From Ensifer sp. (GTDB lineage: Bacteria > Pseudomonadota > Alphaproteobacteria > Rhizobiales > Rhizobiaceae), in the NCBI GenBank assembly GCA_050301895.1, contig JBNKZZ010000001.1, positions 34,656-98,655 on the forward strand: 64,000 nt of DNA, written 5' to 3'. This document shows positions 1 to 9,059 of this stretch, piece after piece; position 1 is the stretch's first letter, and each line of letters opens with the position of its first letter. The notes below the pieces were generated by a model. It searched no databases, had not been told where the DNA came from, and saw only the letters and a program-made list of their open reading frames with translations. The position numbers and the translations under genes are program-made.

Positions 1-890
1 GCCTTGCTGCAACACCAGGCTGGTTCACCAAACAACGTGACGCGATCCAGGGTGTGACGGAAGAAACCACCACGGGCGTTCACCGGCTTTACCAGCTCGC
101 CAAGGATGGCCTGCTTCCCTTCCCGGCGATCAATGTGAATGATTCCGTTACGAAATCGAAATTCGACAATAAGTATGGCTGCAAAGAATCGCTGGTTGAC
201 GGCATTCGTCGTGGCACCGACGTGATGATGGCCGGTAAAGTGGCTGTTGTCTGCGGATATGGCGATGTCGGAAAGGGATCTGCTGCGTCGCTTCGTGGGG
301 CGGGTGCCCGCGTGAAGGTTACGGAAGTCGATCCAATTTGCGCGCTGCAGGCTGCGATGGACGGATTTGAGGTCGTGCAGCTAGAGGACGTAGCTTCCAG
401 CGCCGATATTTTCATCACAACAACCGGCAATAAAGACATTATCCGCATCGAACATATGCGCGAGATGAAGGATATGGCGATTGTTGGCAATATTGGCCAT
501 TTCGACAACGAAATTCAGGTTGCCGCGCTGCGTAATCTGAAATGGACCAACATCAAGCCGCAGGTTGATATGATCGAGTTCCCGAACGGGCACCGCATGA
601 TCCTTCTATCCGAAGGCCGCCTGCTGAACCTGGGCAATGCGACGGGTCATCCGTCCTTCGTCATGTCAGCTTCCTTCACAAACCAGGTGCTTGCTCAGAT
701 CGAGCTGTTTACACGTGGTGAGAACTACAAGAACGACGTTTACGTCCTGCCCAAGCACCTCGATGAGAAGGTCGCAAGGCTTCATCTTGCCAAGCTTGGT
801 GCGAAGTTGACCACGCTTTCTGAGGAGCAAGCCAAGTATATTGGCGTTGAAACGCAAGGTCCATTCAAGCCGGAACACTATCGCTACTGA
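1..890 (+). CDS. ahcY: Adenosylhomocysteinase (SAH hydrolase), 5'-truncated by window edge
   Basis: [40 protein letters not shown] and C-terminal KPEHYRY motifs; the frame is open back to position 3. Confidence 0.97.
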   Translation, partial: LAATPGWFTKQRDAIQGVTEETTTGVHRLYQLAKDGLLPFPAINVNDSVTKSKFDNKYGCKESLVDGIRRGTDVMMAGKVAVVCGYGDVGKGSAASLRGAGARVKVTEVDPICALQAAMDGFEVVQLEDVASSADIFITTTGNKDIIRIEHMREMKDMAIVGNIGHFDNEIQVAALRNLKWTNIKPQVDMIEFPNGHRMILLSEGRLLNLGNATGHPSFVMSASFTNQVLAQIELFTRGENYKNDVYVLPKHLDEKVARLHLAKLGAKLTTLSEEQAKYIGVETQGPFKPEHYRY

Positions 891-920
891 TATTTTCCTG
901 GATCAATACCAAATCTAGTG

Positions 921-956
921 GCTGCCGCTCCGAAAAGAGCGGCAGTTTTCTTTTTT
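921..956 (+). terminator. Rho-independent terminator after ahcY
   Basis: GCTGCCGCTC-loop-GAGCGGCAGT hairpin followed by a T-rich tract. Confidence 0.8.
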
Positions 957-1005
957 GGACAAATCTCTTTCCGCCGAATCGTGAAGCAAGTATTGTCATG
1001 GGAGT

Positions 1006-3621
1006 ATGATTCGTCAGTCGGGGACAGCAACTGGCGAAGGGTATGTCTTGTCGACAAGCGGCATGAGTGACGGAGACAGACCAGACATGGTTTCTAGGCA
1101 GAGGCACGGTTCGCAAAGGCCGGCACATGGTGCTTTGGCGAGCTCAAAACAAACATTAAACAGCGGTCGAGTAAGACTGTTTGCAAGCGTACTGGCAGGT
1201 GGAACTCTCCTGCAATCAGGCACGCTTTTTGCGGCTGATTCCGGCAGCGCGATTGGCGGTTTCCTAACCTCAACCGGCGTTGTGAGTATCGCGCTATTTG
1301 CTGGAACGCTTTCCGCAGCGCTAATCTCCGCTGTATGGCAAAAGAAGCGCCGCAAAGCCGCAGAGGCTGCCGACCGTCAGGCACGAAGTGCACTGTCTGA
1401 GGCCAAGCAGACCATCTCGCGTTACGAAGCACTGATTGCTGACAAGAACCGGCGTATCGTCATTTGGGAAAGCGGCGGCACACGCCCGCAGATGCTGGGA
1501 CATCTGCCTGTAGAAACCGGTGCGCCGCGTGATGACCGGGACTTTTTGGCTTTTGGGCGATGGCTGAAACCACACTCGGCTAGTGAGCTTGATCGCGCGA
1601 TCGATTCGCTGCGCAGCCGCGGAGAACGCTTCGATCTGGTGATTGAAAGCCAACGCAGTGAAGTCATTGAAGCGCAGGGGCGTGTTTCCGGCGGGCGGGC
1701 GTTCATACGCTTTGTTGCGCTGAACAACCTGCGCGCCGAATTGGCTGAGTTGCAGATTGAGCGCGACCGGTTGCAGGCAACCATATCCAACTTCCAGACG
1801 CTTCTCGATGCAATTGATGTACCAGTATGGCAACGCTCCAGCCTTGGCGAGCTGACCTGGGTGAATGAAGCCTATAGCGAGGCCGTTGATTCACGCAGCC
1901 CCGCCCAGGCGGTTGAAGAAAAGCGCGAGCTTCTTGCGACCGCAACGCTTGAGAAAATCCGCGCGAGCGTGTTGCCGGAAAGCCCATTTCGCGACCGCAT
2001 ATCAACCGTCGTTAAAGGTGGACGGAACTTCTTCGATGTCGTGGATGTGAGAACCGCTCAGGGTTCGGCAGGCATGGCAATCGACGTGTCCGATGTCGAG
2101 GCTATCCGCGAAGAACTGAACCGGACGCTCAAGAGCCACGCCGAAACACTGGACCAGCTGGGAACTCCCGTTGTCATTTTTGACCGTGAGCAACGACTGC
2201 AATTCTACAATCAGGCTTTCCAGCAATTGTGGAACCTCGATCTGACTTTCCTTGAATCGCATCCCGACAATGGTGCCCTACTGGATCGCCTGCGCGCAGA
2301 TGGCAAATTGCCAGAGCAGCTGAATTGGAAGAATTGGCGTGAGAACGCACTATCGGTCTATCAGGCGATCGAGACCAAGACCGACAACTGGTATCTTCCA
2401 AACGGCCAGACACTACGGGTGTTTGCCAATGCCCATCCGCAGGGCGGAGCGACTTGGGTCTTCGAGAACATGACCGAACAGGTCAATCTGGAAACCCGCT
2501 ATAATTCGCTCGTCAAGGTTCAGGAAGAGACAATCGACCACCTTGCCGAAGGCGTTGCAGTGTTTGGACCTGACGGCAAGTTGAAGCTATCCAATCCCGC
2601 TTTCCGGGCCATCTGGGGTCTGAATGGTAGTGAATCGGAACAGGGGACGCATATTCGCGCAATCGAACAGTCCTGCGCGCCGTCTTACGATGCGCCAGAT
2701 GGCTGGCGCCAGTTCGGTCAGATTATCACCAGTTTTGAAGATCAGCGCGCCAGCTCTGACGGCAAGCTGGAGCTGAAGACCGGTCTTGTGATCGACTACG
2801 CTGTCACCCCACTGCCAAACGCGCAAACAATGTTGACCTTTGTTGACATTACCGACACCGTTCGCGCAGAACGCGCACTGACGGAAAAGAATGCGGCGCT
2901 GACCCGAGCTGACGAAATCAAAAACGATTTTGTTCAGCACATTTCCTACGAGCTGCGTTCACCGCTGACCAATATTATCGGCTTCACTGACCTGTTGAAA
3001 ACGCCGGAAATTGGACCGCTCAATGAGCGTCAGGCAGATTACATCGAGCACATCTCGGCTTCGTCTTCGATACTTCTGACCATTGTGAATGATATTCTCG
3101 ACCTGGCTACCGTTGATGCCGGCATCATGGAGCTCAACTATACCGAGATTGCGGTCGACGATTTCCTGGATGAAATTTCAGCGCAGATCGCCAGCCGACT
3201 TCAAGAAAGCGGTTCAAACCTTGTGATAGATGCGTCCGCCGATCTCGGCACCATCGTCGCGGACCGTCAGCGCCTGACGCAGATATTCATCAAATTGCTG
3301 AACAATGCTGCAAGCTTCGCACCTGAAGGCAGCGCAATCGGGTTGAAATGCTGGCGTCAGGATGACGACTTCATCTTCCGCGTCACAGACGAAGGCCCAG
3401 GTATTCCCAAGGAAATCATCGATTCGGTGTTCAACCGCTTTGAAGCGCATGGCCAAAAGAGCGGGGCGGGACTGGGTCTATCCATCGTGGAAAGCTTCGT
3501 ATCACTGCATGGCGGTGAAGTCCTGATCGATACGGTTGAAAACAAGGGCACACAAATCACCTGTCGCATTCCGGCAAGCCATCAGGAATCAAGTGGCGAC
3601 ACTGTTGTGGCCGCCGGATAG
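1006..3621 (+). CDS. divL: DivL-type PAS-domain pseudo-histidine kinase (cell-cycle regulator)
   Basis: N-terminal TM segments, several PAS-like repeats and HisKA/HATPase C-terminus. The H-box reads HISYELRSPLTNIIG, with Tyr in place of the phospho-His. Located between ahcY and tsaE. Start uncertain (1006, 1063 or 1087). Confidence 0.85.
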   Translation: MIRQSGTATGEGYVLSTSGMSDGDRPDMVSRQRHGSQRPAHGALASSKQTLNSGRVRLFASVLAGGTLLQSGTLFAADSGSAIGGFLTSTGVVSIALFAGTLSAALISAVWQKKRRKAAEAADRQARSALSEAKQTISRYEALIADKNRRIVIWESGGTRPQMLGHLPVETGAPRDDRDFLAFGRWLKPHSASELDRAIDSLRSRGERFDLVIESQRSEVIEAQGRVSGGRAFIRFVALNNLRAELAELQIERDRLQATISNFQTLLDAIDVPVWQRSSLGELTWVNEAYSEAVDSRSPAQAVEEKRELLATATLEKIRASVLPESPFRDRISTVVKGGRNFFDVVDVRTAQGSAGMAIDVSDVEAIREELNRTLKSHAETLDQLGTPVVIFDREQRLQFYNQAFQQLWNLDLTFLESHPDNGALLDRLRADGKLPEQLNWKNWRENALSVYQAIETKTDNWYLPNGQTLRVFANAHPQGGATWVFENMTEQVNLETRYNSLVKVQEETIDHLAEGVAVFGPDGKLKLSNPAFRAIWGLNGSESEQGTHIRAIEQSCAPSYDAPDGWRQFGQIITSFEDQRASSDGKLELKTGLVIDYAVTPLPNAQTMLTFVDITDTVRAERALTEKNAALTRADEIKNDFVQHISYELRSPLTNIIGFTDLLKTPEIGPLNERQADYIEHISASSSILLTIVNDILDLATVDAGIMELNYTEIAVDDFLDEISAQIASRLQESGSNLVIDASADLGTIVADRQRLTQIFIKLLNNAASFAPEGSAIGLKCWRQDDDFIFRVTDEGPGIPKEIIDSVFNRFEAHGQKSGAGLGLSIVESFVSLHGGEVLIDTVENKGTQITCRIPASHQESSGDTVVAAG

Positions 3622-3627
3622 GCTCGA

Positions 3628-5130
3628 ATGGACCAGATATCCGTTTTCCTTCCTGACGAGGCAGCCACAATCCGTTTCGGTGAAGACTTGGCATTGTGTC
3701 TGGGAAAGGGAATGTGCGTAGCGCTCCATGGGGGCTTAGGCGCTGGCAAGTCAACGTTGGCGAGGGCGCTATTGCGTGCACTTGCAAATGACGATGACCT
3801 TGAGGTTCCAAGCCCCACTTTTACTCTGGTTCAAACCTATGAAACCCGAATACCTGTCGCGCATTTCGACTTGTATCGGTTGGGCGACGAAAGCGAACTC
3901 GATGAACTTGGCCTTGATGAGGCGCTTGATGATGGCGTGGCTTTGATCGAATGGCCGGAAAATGCCGGTGATCGGCTGCCGTCATCAGTCATCCGATTTC
4001 ACTTCTCAGAGGAAGGCGCCGGTCGGCGTGTGAATATCGAAGGCGAAAAAGGCAAGCTTGAGCGGCTTTCCCGCGTGATGCGCATTCGTCGCTTTCTGGA
4101 CGAGAATGGCTATCTGGAAGCGCGCCGCCGCTTTTTGACGGGCGATACGTCATTTCGTGCTTACGAACGTATCACGACGCCCGAGGGCGCGAATTATGTG
4201 CTGATGGATTCGCCCGCCCGCTCCAACGGCCCCCCCATCCGAGACGGCAAACCCTATTCCCAGCTCGTGCATTTGGCCGAAGACGTGCGCCCTTTCATCG
4301 CGGTTGGCAAGTATTTGAAGGCGCAAGACCTCTCGGCACCTGAAATTTATGTTGCAGACCAGCAAGACGGAATATTGCTGATCGAAGACCTCGGCAGCGA
4401 AGGCGTTATTGACGAGGCGCGTCACCCAATTCCTGAACGATATCGTCAGTCGGTTTTGTGTCTTGCAGCGTTTCATCAGACCGCGCTGCCGACAAAATTG
4501 CCTATTGATGACAAGGCCGAACACGTTGTGCCGAAATTCGACCGCGCAGCGCTTAGCTACGAGGTGGAACTGCTGCTGGACTGGTACCTGCCGTGGAAAC
4601 GCGGCCTCGGTGCCAGCGAACAGGAGCGTGACGACTATCTTGCCATCTGGAACGATCTGATTGATCAACTGGATCAGGTGGAGAAACACCTCGTCTTGCG
4701 TGACTATCATTCGCCAAACCTGTTATGGCTTCCCAACCGTGAAGGTCATCGCAAAGTCGGCATCATAGATTTTCAGGACGCGATTATCGGACCCTCATCC
4801 TATGATGTTGTTTCGCTCGTGCAAGATGCGCGCGTCACAGTGGAACGACCCCTGATGGATGCGCTCCTGGAAGACTACATCGCTGCCCGTCAGGCAGGTG
4901 GCGAATTTGACCGCAACGCGTTCATGAAGAATTGGTCGATCATGTCGGCTCAGCGTGCCTGCCGCCTGAACGGGCTATGGGTTCGCCTGGCGCAACGCGA
5001 TAATTTGCCGGCCTACATGGCGCACATGCCCCGGACATTGTGGCACTTGAGCGTTGCCTGTGAACATGAAGCACTATTCCCCTTGCATGAATGGCTCTTA
5101 AAGGCTGGAATCCTGCCGGTCGAATCATAG
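3628..5130 (+). CDS. tsaE: TsaE (t6A ATPase) fused to an AmgK-like aminoglycoside-phosphotransferase-family kinase
   Basis: GGLGAGKST, VPSPTFTLVQTY and HFDLYRL in the N-terminus; GDTSFRAY, LRDYHSPNL and IIDFQDA kinase motifs in the C-terminus. Confidence 0.92.
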   Translation: MDQISVFLPDEAATIRFGEDLALCLGKGMCVALHGGLGAGKSTLARALLRALANDDDLEVPSPTFTLVQTYETRIPVAHFDLYRLGDESELDELGLDEALDDGVALIEWPENAGDRLPSSVIRFHFSEEGAGRRVNIEGEKGKLERLSRVMRIRRFLDENGYLEARRRFLTGDTSFRAYERITTPEGANYVLMDSPARSNGPPIRDGKPYSQLVHLAEDVRPFIAVGKYLKAQDLSAPEIYVADQQDGILLIEDLGSEGVIDEARHPIPERYRQSVLCLAAFHQTALPTKLPIDDKAEHVVPKFDRAALSYEVELLLDWYLPWKRGLGASEQERDDYLAIWNDLIDQLDQVEKHLVLRDYHSPNLLWLPNREGHRKVGIIDFQDAIIGPSSYDVVSLVQDARVTVERPLMDALLEDYIAARQAGGEFDRNAFMKNWSIMSAQRACRLNGLWVRLAQRDNLPAYMAHMPRTLWHLSVACEHEALFPLHEWLLKAGILPVES

Positions 5131-5145
5131 TTTGAAGCGGGAAGC

Positions 5146-5880
5146 ATGAAGATCAAAAACGCAATGGTGCTGGCAGCTGGACTTGGTACCCGCATGCGCC
5201 CCATTACCGACAAAACCCCCAAGCCACTGGTCAAAATTGGCGGCAAGGCGATGATCGACTACGCGCTTGATGCGCTGGCGGCGGCGGGCGTCACAAAAGC
5301 TGTTGTCAACATTCATCATCATCCAGACCAGATGTTGAAACACCTGGCACTTCGCGACCAGCCGCAAATTCTGATTTCCGATGAGCGGGATCGCCTGATG
5401 AATTCTGGCGGCGGCCTCGCTAAAGGCCTCAAGCTGCTTTCGCAAGACGCTGTTATCGTTATGAACGCCGATCTCTTCTGGATTGCTGAGCCAGCTGATC
5501 AACCATCCAATCTAACACGCCTTGCGTCCTTTTTTGACCCCGCGCGTATGGACATGGCGCTACTGTGCGTCCGCAATGAAAAGACAACCGGACACAACGG
5601 AACGCTGGACTTCAGCCTGGATGATGAAGGTCGTTTGACACGGTACCGAGATGACCAAAGCAATCCGGTTGTCTATGCCGGTGCTATCGCTTTCCTGCCA
5701 TCTTTTCTTGCCGATGCGCCTGACGATGCATTCAACCTAAACATCTATTTCGACAAGGCCATCAAGGCGGGTAGGCTTTATGGCCTTGAATTACAGGGTC
5801 ACTGGATTACGGTTGGAACCCCGCAGGCCATTGCGCCGGCTGAAGAGGTGATAAGACACTACAACGAAAGCGCAGGCTGA
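5146..5880 (+). CDS. murU: MurU-like nucleotidyltransferase (MurNAc-1-P uridylyltransferase)
   Basis: AMVLAAGLGTRMRPITDKTPKPL motif; directly after the AmgK-like gene. Confidence 0.8.
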   Translation: MKIKNAMVLAAGLGTRMRPITDKTPKPLVKIGGKAMIDYALDALAAAGVTKAVVNIHHHPDQMLKHLALRDQPQILISDERDRLMNSGGGLAKGLKLLSQDAVIVMNADLFWIAEPADQPSNLTRLASFFDPARMDMALLCVRNEKTTGHNGTLDFSLDDEGRLTRYRDDQSNPVVYAGAIAFLPSFLADAPDDAFNLNIYFDKAIKAGRLYGLELQGHWITVGTPQAIAPAEEVIRHYNESAG

Positions 5881-8800
5881 TGGCCAATCCAGAAAAAAGG
5901 GTGCTGACGATTCCTCCAGGCCTGCCCTTTTTGACGACGCTCGCTCAAAGCCTGGCATCAGGTGAGTTGATACCCGGATTCATCTACCAAAACGACGAAC
6001 CGGAGAAGCTGGCAAACGTAACCATCTACGTACCAACAAGACGTGCGGCCCGTGTTCTGCGTTCAGAGTTTACCCTGGCCGCGGGCATGCAATCGGCCAT
6101 TCTGCCCGTCATTCGTCCACTGGGCGAAACCGACGGTGATGAAGCATTTTTCGATGCAGATATGAGTGCGGATCTGGATGCATTGGAACCCATCGAGGCT
6201 ATTCCAGCGACCCTTGAACTTGCACGATTGATACTTGCCTGGCGAAACAAGCTTCCTGCTGCAATTCGTGCGGTACATGATGATCAACCCCTGATCGCTC
6301 CGGCAAGTGCAGCCGACGCGGTCTGGCTCGCCAAATCTCTGCAGAGCCTGATTATGGAGGTTGAGAGCGCTGGCCTTGATTGGTCGGACCTCAACAAGAT
6401 CGACGCCCAGGATCATGCCGACTGGTGGCAGCTTACGCTGGAATTCCTCAAAATCGCCAGTATCTTCTGGCCGGCAAGGTTGGGCGAAATCAACAAGTCG
6501 TCGCCCACTCGGCATCGCGATGCCTTGTTGATGAGAGAGGCAGAGCGTATTGCCACACGCAAACATCGTGGTCCGGTCATCGTTGCCGGTTCCACTGGCT
6601 CGCTACCAGCGACGGCAATGCTGATTGATGCAGTCGCGTCCATGGAAAATGGTGCAGTTGTGCTTCCCGGACTCGACAAATCCATGCCTGAGCACGAGTG
6701 GAACATGTTGGCGAGCGCGGGAGAGGGAAAACCTCTCGATCCGGCAATATTTGGCCATCCGCAATTCGGTCTTGCTACCCTCCTGAACCGGCTCAATATT
6801 GGTCGAGATGATGTCATGTCGCTTGGCAAACTGCCCACGGATTTGGAAAACCGTGCGTCGCTTGTGTCCGTGGCGCTCTCACCTTCGGCGGCAACGGACA
6901 GTTGGATTGACTGGCGACAGGAACAAGATCCAGACGCAATGGCCAAAGCACTTGAAGGTGCGGCATTGATTGAGGCCGCCAATGAACGCGAAGAGGCTAT
7001 TGCGATTGCGATTGCGCTCAGATTGGCCCTTGAGGAACCAGGGAACAAATCCGAAAGCCAGGCGGCGCTCATTACGCCGGATCGTAAGCTTGCCCGCCGG
7101 GTGGTCAATGAATTAGCACGCTTCGGCATCGAGGCGGACGATTCCGCTGGACTGCCATTCCATGCCACGCCGCAGGGCAGTTTACTTCGTCTCACTCTGG
7201 AGGCGGCGCTTTTTCCTGGCGATCCCGTGGTTATTGCTTCCGTTCTCAAGCATCCCTTGGCTTCGTTTGGCCTTTCCCAAGAGTCTCTGCAACCTGCTGC
7301 CGCCATTATTGAAGCGTTTGCATTGCGGGGCGGCACCGGTGGCCTGGACATTTCTTCGCTGGCGTCTGTGCTCGACGAAAGACTTCAACAGGCGAAGAAC
7401 GATAAGCATCGCGCCAATTGGAAGCCAATGCCAGATGAAGCTGCATTGATGCAGGCTTTTGATCTAACTCACCGGATTCAACAAGCATTGGAACCATTGG
7501 CGGGCGCATTTATTTCGCAGGATTCAACTGACCGCAGCAGGACAGATCGTCACTTGTCTGATTGGGCAGAGCGGACTGGTAAGGTACTTGAAGCTGTTGC
7601 GACAAGCGAAAGTGACGACGCTCGTTTGCTATGGGAAGGCGAAGCCGGCGAAAAACTTTACAAGCTTCTGCGCGGCGTTGCCGACACGGAAGCCGACTTT
7701 CGTGTCCCCGGCCACGAATGGGCCAACATAGCCAATGCACTCATGGCAGGCGAGGCAGTAAAGCCGCGCTCGATGCGCCATCCGCGTGTCTTCATTTTTG
7801 GTACGCTTGAAGCCCGTTTGCAGCAGGTAGACACAGTTGTTCTGGGCGGATTGAACGAAGGCGTGTGGCCAGGCAAAACAACCAACAGCCCCTTCTTGTC
7901 CAGATCCATGAAGATGACATTCGGGCTGGAACCACCGGAAAGACGGACGGGTCAGATTGCCCATGATTTTCAGATGGCAAACGGCACCAGGAAAGTCATC
8001 TATAGCCGCTCGCTGCGCCAGGACGGAGCACCCGCTGTTGCCTCACGCTTTCTACAGCGATTGCTGGCAATCTGCGGCGATGAAGTTTCCGGCGAAATGC
8101 GCCGGCGCGGCAAGGTCTTTTTGCGATACTGCGAACTTGTCGATCATGCAGCACGGCGACCACCCGCCACCCGGCCAGAACCCTTTCCCCCGCTTGACCT
8201 TGTGCCCAGCCGGTACTCGTTTTCCGATGTTGGTCGACTTCGTCGCGATCCCTACGCCATCTATGCCCGCAAGGTGCTGCGATTGGATCCCGTAGACGCG
8301 TTCAACGCCGATCCCGGGTTTGCTGAACGCGGCACAATCTATCACGCGATTGTCGACGTGTTCGTCAAAGCTGGCCATGACGCAGCTGCGCCAGATGCGT
8401 GGCTCAAGATGAAGAGTATCGCCGACGAACAATTTTCGGCAGCGGGTTTGCCGCCTCATATTGAAGCGGTTTGGCGGATACGTTTCGATGATGTCGCCCG
8501 TTCCTTTCTGAAATGGCAATCTAAACGGCAGGAGGAAGTGGCGAAAACCTTCACTGAGCTACGCGGTGAAATGGCGCTTGCGGATGGTCTGGTGCTTTCG
8601 GGCGTTGCAGACCGTATTGATCTAATCGAGAATCGCGCGGACATCATCGACTACAAGACGGGCTCCTCCCCATCTTTGAAGGTTGCCCGGAGTCTTCTCG
8701 ACCCGCAATTGTCACTTGAGGCGGCCGCACTTGAGGCTGGAGCTTTTGCGGACCTCGGCGCGCATCAGGTCCGCGACCTCCTCTATGTGCGCCTGAAACC

Positions 8801-9059
8801 TGGAGAACGCTTCAGCGCAAATGAGATAGTGAACACCGAAAATCAGAAGCTGTCCAAGGATGTGCTGCCCAAAACAAGCTCTGAACTGGCGGGCGAAGCC
8901 CTCACCAATTTCATTATGCTTACGCAAACGCTGCGCAGCGGCAAGCGCGGCTTTATTTCCCGACTTGTTCCCGAAAGCGTGAGCTATCAGGGGGAATATG
9001 ACCACTTGGCACGCGTTGCAGAATGGTCTGTCGCGGACGAAGGTGGCGATGATGAGTGA
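5880..9059 (+). CDS. addB: Double-strand break repair protein AddB
   Basis: IYVPTRRAAR, AGSTGSLPAT, GVADRID...IIDYKTG nuclease motifs and GEYDHLARVAEW terminus; upstream of addA. Confidence 0.95.
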   Translation: MANPEKRVLTIPPGLPFLTTLAQSLASGELIPGFIYQNDEPEKLANVTIYVPTRRAARVLRSEFTLAAGMQSAILPVIRPLGETDGDEAFFDADMSADLDALEPIEAIPATLELARLILAWRNKLPAAIRAVHDDQPLIAPASAADAVWLAKSLQSLIMEVESAGLDWSDLNKIDAQDHADWWQLTLEFLKIASIFWPARLGEINKSSPTRHRDALLMREAERIATRKHRGPVIVAGSTGSLPATAMLIDAVASMENGAVVLPGLDKSMPEHEWNMLASAGEGKPLDPAIFGHPQFGLATLLNRLNIGRDDVMSLGKLPTDLENRASLVSVALSPSAATDSWIDWRQEQDPDAMAKALEGAALIEAANEREEAIAIAIALRLALEEPGNKSESQAALITPDRKLARRVVNELARFGIEADDSAGLPFHATPQGSLLRLTLEAALFPGDPVVIASVLKHPLASFGLSQESLQPAAAIIEAFALRGGTGGLDISSLASVLDERLQQAKNDKHRANWKPMPDEAALMQAFDLTHRIQQALEPLAGAFISQDSTDRSRTDRHLSDWAERTGKVLEAVATSESDDARLLWEGEAGEKLYKLLRGVADTEADFRVPGHEWANIANALMAGEAVKPRSMRHPRVFIFGTLEARLQQVDTVVLGGLNEGVWPGKTTNSPFLSRSMKMTFGLEPPERRTGQIAHDFQMANGTRKVIYSRSLRQDGAPAVASRFLQRLLAICGDEVSGEMRRRGKVFLRYCELVDHAARRPPATRPEPFPPLDLVPSRYSFSDVGRLRRDPYAIYARKVLRLDPVDAFNADPGFAERGTIYHAIVDVFVKAGHDAAAPDAWLKMKSIADEQFSAAGLPPHIEAVWRIRFDDVARSFLKWQSKRQEEVAKTFTELRGEMALADGLVLSGVADRIDLIENRADIIDYKTGSSPSLKVARSLLDPQLSLEAAALEAGAFADLGAHQVRDLLYVRLKPGERFSANEIVNTENQKLSKDVLPKTSSELAGEALTNFIMLTQTLRSGKRGFISRLVPESVSYQGEYDHLARVAEWSVADEGGDDE

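Noticed and set aside
6413-7351. 312-aa minus-strand ORF
   Set aside because: Ser/Ala/Arg-rich antisense shadow of addB
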